Shown piece by piece: positions 8,895 through 18,443 of a stretch of DNA of 62,766 nt. Position numbers and translations under genes: made by a program. The notes beneath the pieces were generated by a model. That model worked only from the letters and a program-made list of their open reading frames with translations, was not told the DNA's origin and ran no database searches. Position 1 is the stretch's first letter; each line of letters begins with the position of its first letter. Origin of the DNA: Verrucomicrobiota bacterium. Its GTDB lineage: Bacteria > Verrucomicrobiota > Verrucomicrobiia > Opitutales > Opitutaceae. The stretch is taken from positions 1 to 62,766 of the forward strand of contig JAYZHU010000212.1 in NCBI GenBank assembly GCA_036166175.1, read 5' to 3'.

Positions 8895-9902
8895 GTGTAT
8901 CGTTTATCCGTATCCCCCTTTCGTTCCATCAATTTTCGCTTCGTAGTCTGCTTCGTCGCGGTCTTGATATCGCTGCTAATGGTCTCGTGCTCAGATAGAG
9001 GAGCCGAACAGGCTAGCGGAACCGAGTCGAAGGGAAAAATTGGCATGACGTGCATGGCCCTAACAAATCCTTTTTTCAAGCTGATTGCCAATGTCATGGA
9101 GGAGGAAGCCAAGAAATATGGATACGATTTGGTGGCCCTGGATGGGGCTAATGACGGAGCTGCTCAAAATGCCCAAATATCGGATTTCATCGCCCAAGGT
9201 TACGATGCGATTTTCTTGAACCCTGCCGATTCGAAAGCGGCGGCGGAAGGCGTTCGCAAAGCCCATGCAGCGGGTATTCCCGTATTCACTTTCGACATTC
9301 AAGTCGATGACGAGGAGGTAAAGCAATTGGTGACTTCCCATATCGGCAGCGACAACTTTCAAGGTGGCCAGCTAGCGGCCAAGAGCATGATCGAGGCGAC
9401 TGGCGATAGGGGGCAGATTGCCATCATTGGATTGCCGGAAGTGACCTCCTGTATATTGCGAGTCAAAGGCTTCAAAGACCAGCTCGAGAAGAGCGGCAGT
9501 CAATTGGAAATCGTGACGGAATTAAATGGCAAAGGGAGCCGCAACGAAGGCTTCGCCGTAGCCAATGACATCCTTCAGGTTTATCCGGATATCGTCGGTA
9601 TATTCGCCATAAACGATCCCTCCGGATTAGGCGCCTACGCGGCCATCGATAAGGTAAACAAAACGGATCAAATCACCGTCGTGGCTTTCGATGCCTCACC
9701 GGCCGGCAAGCAAGGCGTCTACGATCGTAAGCTATTCGACACGCCCCAACAGTTCCCAAGAAAAATGGCTATTGGAACGGTGGAGTCTTTCATCAAGCAT
9801 CTAGAAGGCGAAACAGTGGAAAAAGCGATCTTCATACCTTGTTCGCACTATCGCTACGAGACGGCTGCCAATGACCCCACCCGAGAAAGCGAACAGTGGT
9901 AA
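8895..9902 (+). CDS. Sugar ABC transporter substrate-binding lipoprotein (RbsB type)
   Basis: LTNPFF, QISDFIAQGYDAIFLNP, AGIPVFTFD, IGSDNFQGG, GIFAIND; lipobox MVSC; start uncertain (TTG 8859 or GTG 8895). Confidence 0.9.
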   Translation: MYRLSVSPFRSINFRFVVCFVAVLISLLMVSCSDRGAEQASGTESKGKIGMTCMALTNPFFKLIANVMEEEAKKYGYDLVALDGANDGAAQNAQISDFIAQGYDAIFLNPADSKAAAEGVRKAHAAGIPVFTFDIQVDDEEVKQLVTSHIGSDNFQGGQLAAKSMIEATGDRGQIAIIGLPEVTSCILRVKGFKDQLEKSGSQLEIVTELNGKGSRNEGFAVANDILQVYPDIVGIFAINDPSGLGAYAAIDKVNKTDQITVVAFDASPAGKQGVYDRKLFDTPQQFPRKMAIGTVESFIKHLEGETVEKAIFIPCSHYRYETAANDPTRESEQW

Positions 9903-9947
9903 TGAAGGTTGCTCTGTGTTCTCAGCTGAGTCCCGCAAAATAGGCCA

Positions 9948-10922
9948 ATGAAATCGCTCATAGAAAATTCCTGCTCGAAATTAGATAGAGTTCGGGAGTC
10001 GCTGTCGGAAGTGATCGTGGGACAAGAGGCTTTGGTTGAGCGCTTGCTCCTGGCACTGCTTTGCGATGGTCACGTTCTCATTGAAGGCGTGCCAGGAGTT
10101 GCTAAAACAATGGTGATAACCACTCTGGCTCAATCGATGAAGGCCAGCTTTAGTCGCGTTCAGTTTACTCCGGATTTATTGCCTAGCGATCTAGTGGGAA
10201 GCCAGGTTTACGACCCCAAGGAACATACGTTTACGGCTGAAAAAGGACCTGTATTCGCGAATCTGCTACTAGCGGACGAGATCAATCGCGCTCCTGCAAA
10301 GGTGCAGAGCGCGTTGCTGGAATCGATGCAGGAAAAGCAGGTCACTCTGGGAAAGGAGACTTACCGTTTGCCACATCCGTTCTTGGTTCTGGCAACGCAG
10401 AATCCGATCGAGCAGGAGGGCACCTATACCCTGCCCGAGGCTCAAGTGGACCGGTTCATGTTTAAACTTAAAGTCGGCTACCCGAGCATGGAAGAAGAGC
10501 ATCAGATTATGCGTCGCATGGCTCGATCGACTCCAAAAACCAACGTTGAGCCCGTCATCGATCTGAACGACATACTAGAAACGCGCGGGCTGCTCGACAA
10601 GGTGTTCATCGACGAGAAAGTGGAAAGGTACATATTGCGGATTGTCGACGCGACGCGTAATCCGTCCGCCTACGGGGTAGATATTTCTCGCTATCTGCGT
10701 TTCGGCGCTTCCCCACGGGCAACCATCTATTTGTCCCTGGCTGCTCGTGGGCTAGCCATGCTGAATCAGCGCGAATTCGCGGTTCCCCAAGATATAAAGG
10801 ATGTCGCTGGAGATGTGCTTAGGCATCGAATGGCGCTTTCATATCGAGCGGAGGCGGAAGGTCTCACTTCCGACGATCTTATTGAAAAGATTCTGAATAC
10901 CGTTCCCATCATGGAGGAATGA
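9948..10922 (+). CDS. moxR: MoxR family AAA+ ATPase
   Basis: GHVLIEGVPGVAKT, RVQFTPDLLPSD, LLADEINRAPAKVQSALLE, ATQNPIEQEGTYTLPEAQVDRF, GASPRA. Confidence 0.96.
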   Translation: MKSLIENSCSKLDRVRESLSEVIVGQEALVERLLLALLCDGHVLIEGVPGVAKTMVITTLAQSMKASFSRVQFTPDLLPSDLVGSQVYDPKEHTFTAEKGPVFANLLLADEINRAPAKVQSALLESMQEKQVTLGKETYRLPHPFLVLATQNPIEQEGTYTLPEAQVDRFMFKLKVGYPSMEEEHQIMRRMARSTPKTNVEPVIDLNDILETRGLLDKVFIDEKVERYILRIVDATRNPSAYGVDISRYLRFGASPRATIYLSLAARGLAMLNQREFAVPQDIKDVAGDVLRHRMALSYRAEAEGLTSDDLIEKILNTVPIMEE

Positions 10923-11782
10923 ATCCAGTCGAGGAGAGACGACTTGATTTACTAGAGCTCAAATGCTGGCGTCCGGTCGAGCATTTGCTCGCGGGCGAAT
11001 ATCGGAGCGTATTCAAAGGTCGGGGAATCGAATTCGAAGATGTGAGACCCTACGCGCCCGGAGACGACGTGCGTTCGATGGAATGGAAGGTGACTGCCCG
11101 AACAGGAGTTCCGCACGTCAAACGCTATGTGGAAGAACGGGAGCAAATATTCTATCTCATGGTTGACCTTTCAGCATCAACATTGAGTGATGCTGAAAAA
11201 CTTAAGCGGAGGACAGTAGCGGAGTTTTGCGGATTGCTAACGCTTTCTGCGCTCTCTAACAACGATCGCGTTGGATTGATAATGTTCACCGATCGAGTGG
11301 AACTGGTGGTGCCCGCCTCGAAAGGAAGGCAGCAAGGTATGAGAATTCTCGACGCTCTGTCGGGTTACGAGCCAAAAGGATCAGGGACACGGATTGATGT
11401 CGCTCTGGATACTTTTGGGCACCTAGCTCGAAAGCGTTCTGTAGGTTTCGTGATCTCCGATTTTCTGGCGGAAAATTATGAGCAAGAACTCTCCGTGGCA
11501 GGATTTCGGCATGACGTCATCGCTGTCAATCTACATGAAGCCATTGAACTAGAAACGCCGAAATCCGGGATGGTACGTATTCGCGATGCGGAGACAGGAG
11601 ATCTTAATATTGTAGACTTCCAGGCGGCTCAATCCGAAAGTCGTCTGGCCAAGATCAGGGAACTGGCATTGGAGTGCGGTGTGGATTTGATAAACCTACA
11701 GGCCGGGGAAGATTGCGTGGCCGCGCTCTCCGAATTTTTCAAATCGAGGCAACGGATGGCGGCCGACGAGACAGGAGGATAG
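10919..11782 (+). CDS. DUF58 domain protein (VWA-like MoxR partner)
   Basis: GEYRSVFKGRGIEFEDVRPYAPGDDVRSMEWKVTAR; DLSAS; VISDF. Confidence 0.93.
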   Translation: MNPVEERRLDLLELKCWRPVEHLLAGEYRSVFKGRGIEFEDVRPYAPGDDVRSMEWKVTARTGVPHVKRYVEEREQIFYLMVDLSASTLSDAEKLKRRTVAEFCGLLTLSALSNNDRVGLIMFTDRVELVVPASKGRQQGMRILDALSGYEPKGSGTRIDVALDTFGHLARKRSVGFVISDFLAENYEQELSVAGFRHDVIAVNLHEAIELETPKSGMVRIRDAETGDLNIVDFQAAQSESRLAKIRELALECGVDLINLQAGEDCVAALSEFFKSRQRMAADETGG

Positions 11783-11793
11783 AAGTAATTTCG

Positions 11794-12585
11794 ATGAATC
11801 CAAGACGCCTTCTATTATTGTCCATTTGGGCGATAGCGCCAATTGGCCCGACATTTGGGGAAACGCCCCGAAATGAAGTAAATAGTATTTCGAACGTTGA
11901 GTGGCGCATGGATACAGACCGGGATTACGTTCCGGGTGATATTATAGAGCTATCCGTAGTCGCTACCTGCCGTTCCTACATCGAACTGGAACTAAAGGCG
12001 CCCGTCCATCCGCATGCCAGATTGCTGGAAATTCAACCATTTCCGATAGCTCAAAATGAGGGGGGACTGTTTCAAAGCGAGTGGGTAGTGGTCTATCAAA
12101 TCGGGCGTTCCGGTTCAGTGGCCTTAGAGGGAGGAAGCGTCGCCCTAAAGCCCGATCCAGAATCGCCGGCCCATGTGTTGCCACAGATATCTTTCACCGT
12201 AGGTTCAATCGGGCAAGATCCTGCCGGCGATTCTCCGGAAAGCTGGGTTGATGAAACGCCTTCGGAAAGCGTGATAGACATCATAGGCGTGATTGTTGTC
12301 ATAGCGTTAGGGGTGGCACTGTATTTGGTTTTTCAGCGCTATATTAAGAGAGGCCTCAAGGGGACTACTGATATGCCGGGGACTTCTGCTCAAGCTAGCG
12401 CAGTGCGTCTCTGTAAAAATTTGGAGCAGGAAAACTGCGATCCCCGGGAACTGGAGCGGTTTTTGCAGGAGTATCATTCGAAGTGCTCGGATCGGCTCAT
12501 AGCTCTGTTTGAAACGCGCTTGTATTCTCGCAATCCTGGGAACGAAAAACTCATGAGGTCTTTGAAGAAGGAGTTTGCAGAATGA
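11794..12585 (+). CDS. Hypothetical membrane-anchored protein of the Bat operon (Ig-like domain plus one TM helix)
   Basis: ATG 11794 gives a signal peptide; TM IIGVIVVIALGVALYLVF; usual position between DUF58 and batA. Confidence 0.75.
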   Translation: MNPRRLLLLSIWAIAPIGPTFGETPRNEVNSISNVEWRMDTDRDYVPGDIIELSVVATCRSYIELELKAPVHPHARLLEIQPFPIAQNEGGLFQSEWVVVYQIGRSGSVALEGGSVALKPDPESPAHVLPQISFTVGSIGQDPAGDSPESWVDETPSESVIDIIGVIVVIALGVALYLVFQRYIKRGLKGTTDMPGTSAQASAVRLCKNLEQENCDPRELERFLQEYHSKCSDRLIALFETRLYSRNPGNEKLMRSLKKEFAE

Positions 12586-13610
12586 GTTTCGCGTTTCCAT
12601 GGGCGTTCCTTCTTTTGCCCATCGTTCTTTGGGCTGTGTTTCGGGATGGCAAAAAGTCGGGAACGACTGTGGCCTCGCTAAATCAATGGGGCAGCTTTGG
12701 GAGTGGGAGGACCCGATTTCTTTGGATACAAAAAGCATCGGAAGCGATTTTTTTCGTGGGGCTCATATTCGCGCTGGCCCGTCCCCAGGCGGGGACGAGC
12801 GAGACTGTCGAAGAAGCGGAAGGAATCGCTATTGAATTGCTGGTAGACGTGTCCAGCAGCATGGATCGTTCTGTCGAGGTTCCCGGCGAAGGAGTAAAGA
12901 CAAGAATGGAAATCGCCAAAGATCTGCTAGAACGATTTATAGCCGGGGATGGCGAACGGCTCGCTGGGAGACCTAATGACCTCATTGGTTTGGTCAGTTT
13001 CGCTCGATATGCCGACACACGAAGCCCGCTTACCTTCGGTCACGAAGCCCTCGTGCAAATTGTGAGGGAACTGGAGATACAAGATCGTCCCAATGAAGAT
13101 GGAACTGCCTATGGGGATGCGCTCACCCTAGCCTGCGCAAGACTGGAGAAACTGGACGAGTTGAAATCCCTAAACGCGGGCAGGCAACTCACAGATATAG
13201 AAAGCCGTATCATTATTCTACTTACAGATGGCGAGAATAATTCTGGCAATCACTTGCCTCTGGAGGCGGCAGGCTTGGCCAAACTTTGGGGCTGCCGTGT
13301 GTATTCCATTAGTCTGGGCGATTCGAACGACGCGGACGACCTGGAGCCCACTGGCGGGGGAGAAAGATATTCCAACGCGGAACTAACATTGCAGCGTATC
13401 AGCGAAGAAACCGGCGGGGTTTTCAGGAGAGCGACAGGCTATGAGTCCTTGCTGTCAATTTACGGAGAAATTGATGAACTGGAACGCACTCAGATAGAAA
13501 CGAGATCTTTCACTATTGTGTCTGAATGGTATTGGGCCCCCTTGCTCGGAGCCGCGATTTTTTTACTTGGCGGTATATTTTTAAGAATGACTTGGTTGAG
13601 AGTGGCGTAA
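12582..13610 (+). CDS. batA: BatA-like VWA domain protein
   Basis: MSFAFPWAFLLL N-terminus, ALARPQ, MIDAS DVSSS..GTAYGD..LLTDGENN, C-terminal TM. Confidence 0.9.
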   Translation: MSFAFPWAFLLLPIVLWAVFRDGKKSGTTVASLNQWGSFGSGRTRFLWIQKASEAIFFVGLIFALARPQAGTSETVEEAEGIAIELLVDVSSSMDRSVEVPGEGVKTRMEIAKDLLERFIAGDGERLAGRPNDLIGLVSFARYADTRSPLTFGHEALVQIVRELEIQDRPNEDGTAYGDALTLACARLEKLDELKSLNAGRQLTDIESRIIILLTDGENNSGNHLPLEAAGLAKLWGCRVYSISLGDSNDADDLEPTGGGERYSNAELTLQRISEETGGVFRRATGYESLLSIYGEIDELERTQIETRSFTIVSEWYWAPLLGAAIFLLGGIFLRMTWLRVA

Positions 13611-15745
13611 TGAAACCCTTCGTTTTGCAGTGGCCTTGGGCCTTGGCTCTATTGATAGCGATTCTGCCGTTAGTGTGGCTTGCTATGAATGCTCAAAGTC
13701 AGCGTCGAGCGATGAAGTCGATGCTGGGAGGTGATTCTAGCGGCAAATGGAATGCCCGAGATTGGCTGTGGATCGGTGTATTCACCCTTTTAGCGCTGGC
13801 CTTGACTCGCCCCGGATATCAACCCGAGCGATACTCCATCGAGCAGTCCGGCCGTGATGTCGTGTTCGCCTTGGATGTTTCCCGTAGTATGCTAGCTCGT
13901 GATGCTTACCCGTCTCGGTTAGAAGCCGCGAAGCAGGGCATACGAGACTGCCTTGAAGGATTTGAGGGTGAACAAGTGGGTCTCGTTATTTACGCCGGGA
14001 GTTCATCGATCAGTTGCCCGTTAACATCCGACTACGACTTTGTCCGCTACATGCTTTCACAGATTCAGCCTCGAAGCGTGGAATTCGGAGGCACTCTTCT
14101 GCTATCGGCCATCGAAAAATGCGTTGATCAAGTGCTTAGTTCCGAGCGGAGGGGGTTTCAGGATATCATTCTTTTAACCGACGGAGAAGATCACGGACCT
14201 GGACTCGAGCTGGTGGCCCAAAGGATAGAAGAAAGTGAAGTCAAATTGCTGGTTGTGGGTCTTGGAGATTCAGAGCAGGGTTCGAGGATCCCCATTGTGA
14301 ACGAAGACGGGGAAACCATCCCGCTAAAACACAAGGGTGAAATCGTCTATACTCGATTACGGGATACCGAACTGGGAGGACTGGCCAAGAAATCACCAGA
14401 CGGTGAATACATCAATGCCGGAACCTTACCTTTTCATTTAGGCGAAATTTATCGATCCTTTTCTGAAGACAAGGAGCGAACCGCTTCTGGAAGCGAATCT
14501 GGGTACGTCATCTATAAAGAAGGCGCTTTTTTCATTTTGCCCTTAGCTTTGCTGCTGGCGTTAGTTGCCAAATCGGATCTGCGGATCGTGAATAACGCTA
14601 CCGCCAGCCTAGCTGCCCTTGCGACTATCGCCTTAACGTCTTCTGACCTTTGGGCGCAGGACGAAGATTCGATTGAAGCTAGATTCATGTCAGCGACCAA
14701 ACTGCTAGAGCAAGGCAGCTATTCGGAATCGGAGATCGCCTTCTCCGAGCTGGTCGAAGTTCTTGAAGCATCTGGTATGGGATCGTCAAATATTGCAGCG
14801 GCCCTGTTCAACCAAGGTTTGAGTCGACTGAAGCAAGCTGAGGAGTTGTCTGGGTCCTCTCCACGCGATGCTCTGGACGTGGCGCGAGGGGCTCAAGGAT
14901 TGTTTTTCGGGGCAGCCCGATATCGCCCCGGTTTCGAAAGAACGGGCGCTCGGCTTGATGAAGTAGCGGGAATGCTGGAAGTCTTAAAGGCGCGAGTTCG
15001 CGATGAAGAAAAACGGGAACAAGAACAAGACGAGAAGATCGAAGCCCTGCTCCAGAGAATCCGCGAGCTCCGCGACAGGCAACTGAAACTCAGGAAGTCC
15101 GTCGAAAGACTTGATGTAGAAAGACGTCCAGCCCGCCCAAGTAGGTTCTCGCGAGCGTCATTCAAAGAGCAAGCGGTTCCGGAAAATGCAGATGCTAAAG
15201 GCAAAGTCTTCGCCGGAAGCCAAGCGGCGCTGAGGCAGGAAAGTTTGTCTATAGAGAAAGAGATGGGGAATTTGGATACTGAGTTCTCGATGGCCAGCGC
15301 TTTGTCCCATGACAATTCGAGCGAGTCCGTGCAGACCGTTATGCGACAACCCATGAAACTGATCGAAAGCGCCATAGAAGCGCAAAAGGAGGCTGAAAAG
15401 CTTTTAACCCAATGGCGATATTGGATTTCGGCTCGAGCCCGCCAATCAGAGGCAATCGATCGCCTTCAAGAGATTCTGGATCTATTCGCTTCCAATAGCG
15501 AAGATGAAGGAGAAGGGGATTGGGATGAAGAAGATTGGGAAGAGTTTATGGATACAGATCCAGGTGAAGCCGTAGCCGCGTCCATGCCCATGAAAGGCGA
15601 ATTCCGCAAAGATGCCATGATGCAGCCGCTTCCCATTCCAAATTTTTCGGCAGAAGACATTCTCATGGAGGAAAAGAGCAGCCAGCAGTTTAGGCAGCAA
15701 CAACGGGCTAAGGCCAATGCTGGAAAGGTGGAAAAAGACTGGTGA
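13610..15745 (+). CDS. batB: BatB-like VWA protein fused to BatC-like TPR/coiled-coil region
   Basis: TAATG overlap with batA; DVSRSM..PSRLE, CPLTSD, LLTDGED; TPR-like ALFNQG; acidic tail ending KVEKDW. Confidence 0.85.
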   Translation: MKPFVLQWPWALALLIAILPLVWLAMNAQSQRRAMKSMLGGDSSGKWNARDWLWIGVFTLLALALTRPGYQPERYSIEQSGRDVVFALDVSRSMLARDAYPSRLEAAKQGIRDCLEGFEGEQVGLVIYAGSSSISCPLTSDYDFVRYMLSQIQPRSVEFGGTLLLSAIEKCVDQVLSSERRGFQDIILLTDGEDHGPGLELVAQRIEESEVKLLVVGLGDSEQGSRIPIVNEDGETIPLKHKGEIVYTRLRDTELGGLAKKSPDGEYINAGTLPFHLGEIYRSFSEDKERTASGSESGYVIYKEGAFFILPLALLLALVAKSDLRIVNNATASLAALATIALTSSDLWAQDEDSIEARFMSATKLLEQGSYSESEIAFSELVEVLEASGMGSSNIAAALFNQGLSRLKQAEELSGSSPRDALDVARGAQGLFFGAARYRPGFERTGARLDEVAGMLEVLKARVRDEEKREQEQDEKIEALLQRIRELRDRQLKLRKSVERLDVERRPARPSRFSRASFKEQAVPENADAKGKVFAGSQAALRQESLSIEKEMGNLDTEFSMASALSHDNSSESVQTVMRQPMKLIESAIEAQKEAEKLLTQWRYWISARARQSEAIDRLQEILDLFASNSEDEGEGDWDEEDWEEFMDTDPGEAVAASMPMKGEFRKDAMMQPLPIPNFSAEDILMEEKSSQQFRQQQRAKANAGKVEKDW

Positions 15746-18303
15746 CTGCGTTTTCCAGTAAATCCTTCTGTTTTCGAGTTGCTCTCGTCTTTTTGGCCAT
15801 GGCCCGTTTATCGGGAATCCAGCTTTATGGCCAAGATGCGAACTCGCTGGAGGATAGTTTGAGATTCGAGTTTCGCGAGGCGAGTTGGTTTGCTGGCGAA
15901 GTGGCGACCGCGTGGGTATTCATTTCTTGCGAATCCCTGCCTGAGATAGCGCCATCTAGCGAAGTCGGAGATATCCGAATCGTGGGAACGAGGGTTCACG
16001 AATTAGACAATGACGACAGGGGCGACTATTTGGCCGTCATCGAATTTGCCCCGAAACGGGCGGGCATCCGCATATTTCCCCCAATTAAGATTAAGACGGG
16101 AGAGGTTCTGGTTCAGACTGCATCGAGACAGATCGTGGTAGGGGAACCTTATAAAACGGATGCCATGTCTTTTCATGTCCAGCCCAGCAAGACCGAAGTC
16201 TATGAGGGGGAACCATTGAAGGTTACTTTCGAGTGGCGTTGCGACTTGCCCATGAATCAAATACGCGACTTTAACCTGTATCCAGAAATTTTTAACAATC
16301 CAGCAATAGAGATCGTTATTCCACGTAGCCAGGCACCCGAGGAATCGCAATTCGGGATTCCCGTATCCGAGCGTCGCGTAATTGCTCAGCGTTTCGAAAA
16401 AGGTAGCGCGTTTCCGGAAAATCTAGGTGTGTTGAGATTCGACCTGTATCTGCGTTTCCGTGAACCCGGCTCTTACTCCTTGTCAAAAACCCGCCTACAA
16501 TGCTCGCGACTTTTGGAAGACGATGCTCAATCGAACCGGTACGCAGCCTACTTCAATAACGCATTATTCGAAGAGATTGATTCCTCGTCTCCGCATGAGA
16601 GGATTTACGCGGAATCAGAGGCGCTGGAGATAGCCGTACGTCCGTTGCCTGGAGAGGGTAGACTGGATTCTTTCAGTGATATCTTCGATCCTAACTCCAT
16701 AAATGTTTCCATAAATCCACAGTCAGCTACAGTTGGCCAATTGATCGAGATACAGATCGATGTTCGCTCTGACGCGTGTTCAGAAATGCTGAGTTTGCCT
16801 GACATGAGCCATCAATCTTCGATGAGGAACCGGTTTTGGGTGGGACAAGAAGTAAATGAAATTTGGAGATCGGATGGCAGGAGATTTGTGATACGGGCCC
16901 GTCCATTAACCACTCAGATCGCCGCGTTTCCTAGCTTGTCATTCCAGGTTTTCGACTCTGACGCCAGTACCTATCGATTGATAAATACGGAACCGCTTAC
17001 TTTCGATGTGACTTCTCGCGATGGATCGGCGTTTTTCCCAATGGAGAAGATCCCGGGGGCCCAGATTTCAGTTGCCGCGAATGCCGAGGGAATATGGCAT
17101 AACCAACCAAGCACGATTATGGGAGACATCCTAAACGGAATCATCAATACCCTGGCCACCGGAGTTTGGCTTTGGTTTGGGCTGGGGGTACTGACTCTCG
17201 GCCTGGGCTCGGTTTGGGCCCGCGAAGCGCGGCGGCGTTCCCTTGATGCGGATTACCGTCGCAAGATCGAAGCTATTGAACGGTTTCGAAAAGCTGTATC
17301 CATAAATTCATACAATTTCGAAGCTTTTCGCAGATTGGTTGGCGACTATTTTGGACTTCCTAGTCAGGCTTTGACTGCAGACGATGTAGCGACGCTACTA
17401 ACAAAAGCTTCTTCCGATGAAAAACTGATCGAGGAGATTAGGCAGGAAATCGATGCTCTGGATTTTCCCAATTATCAATCAAAACCGACTCCGCCAAGGC
17501 CTCCGAAGTCCGCGAGGGAGATTGGAGCTAACCTGATACGCCTTTTGAGAGGCAGTGCAATAATCCTGTTTGCTGCAGCTTGGTTTGGCGGCCCTGAAGG
17601 TCGTGCCGATACTTGGTCGGAGGCAGAGGTGCTTTTCGCGGAAGCTCTCCAGATGGCGGAATCGCTACCTGATATCGAGCGAGTGAATGCGAAATTCGCG
17701 GAAGCGGCACTAGCTTTTGAACGTTCAGCCCAGGACGGCGTGCGCCCTGGAGCATCCTGGTACAATGCCGGGAACGCCTGGTTTCAAGCCGGGGAAGTGG
17801 GTCGATCCATCGCCAATTATAAGCAATCGCTTTCAAGAAGGCCTTTTGACGCACGCGTTTCTCGTAGCCTGCAAGCGGCCCGAGGATTGAGAATCGATCG
17901 TTTTGCAGAGAAGGTAAGTGAACCTGTCATTTCACCTTGGGGAATGCGAGCCAGCTTTTCGATCACCTGGTTAACGACTGCCGCTCTGATTGTACTTTGG
18001 ATTCGTTTCCGCATCCGCTATTTGCTTGTCGCCACCTGCCTCGCGATGCTCGCCTCAACTTTGTTCGGCGGCAGCTTGGTTTGGGACTCGTTTTCAAGCC
18101 GAGGTTCAGGCGTAGTCATCGCCGAGGAAATCTATGCCCGCAAAGGCCCCGGCTACGCGTACGCATCCGCTTTTATGGATTCCTTGCATGATGGCCTAGA
18201 ACTAGAGATCCTGGAATTTCGATCTGACTGGCTACGGGCTCGCTTGGCAGATGGAAACGAATGTTGGTTACCACTAGCGACGGTGCAGCGCTTGAAGTCG
18301 TAG
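15742..18303 (+). CDS. batD: BatD-like protein fused to BatE-like TPR + SH3-like C-terminus
   Basis: KTEVYEGEP and VRPLP BatD-type repeats; TM; WYNAGNAWFQAGEVGRSIANY TPR; ARKGPG..LHDGLEL..W..ECWLP SH3-like end; GTGA overlap. Confidence 0.82.
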   Translation: MTAFSSKSFCFRVALVFLAMARLSGIQLYGQDANSLEDSLRFEFREASWFAGEVATAWVFISCESLPEIAPSSEVGDIRIVGTRVHELDNDDRGDYLAVIEFAPKRAGIRIFPPIKIKTGEVLVQTASRQIVVGEPYKTDAMSFHVQPSKTEVYEGEPLKVTFEWRCDLPMNQIRDFNLYPEIFNNPAIEIVIPRSQAPEESQFGIPVSERRVIAQRFEKGSAFPENLGVLRFDLYLRFREPGSYSLSKTRLQCSRLLEDDAQSNRYAAYFNNALFEEIDSSSPHERIYAESEALEIAVRPLPGEGRLDSFSDIFDPNSINVSINPQSATVGQLIEIQIDVRSDACSEMLSLPDMSHQSSMRNRFWVGQEVNEIWRSDGRRFVIRARPLTTQIAAFPSLSFQVFDSDASTYRLINTEPLTFDVTSRDGSAFFPMEKIPGAQISVAANAEGIWHNQPSTIMGDILNGIINTLATGVWLWFGLGVLTLGLGSVWAREARRRSLDADYRRKIEAIERFRKAVSINSYNFEAFRRLVGDYFGLPSQALTADDVATLLTKASSDEKLIEEIRQEIDALDFPNYQSKPTPPRPPKSAREIGANLIRLLRGSAIILFAAAWFGGPEGRADTWSEAEVLFAEALQMAESLPDIERVNAKFAEAALAFERSAQDGVRPGASWYNAGNAWFQAGEVGRSIANYKQSLSRRPFDARVSRSLQAARGLRIDRFAEKVSEPVISPWGMRASFSITWLTTAALIVLWIRFRIRYLLVATCLAMLASTLFGGSLVWDSFSSRGSGVVIAEEIYARKGPGYAYASAFMDSLHDGLELEILEFRSDWLRARLADGNECWLPLATVQRLKS

Positions 18304-18321
18304 CGGCATTCTACTTTCTCT

Positions 18322-18352
18322 GGTAGGGAGGACCGAGCCGGTCCTCCCTACC
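18322..18352. repeat. Perfect 14-bp-stem palindrome (REP family C; possible terminator/stabiliser)
   Basis: GGTAGGGAGGACCG-AGC-CGGTCCTCCCTACC directly after the Bat operon. Confidence 0.75.
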
Positions 18353-18443
18353 TAGTGCCATTTTGAGTTTAGTCGTGCAGTCCAGATTCGCTTCGATCTG
18401 GACAACGCCTTTAAAATCGGGCACCCAATTAGGGAAGCCCACC

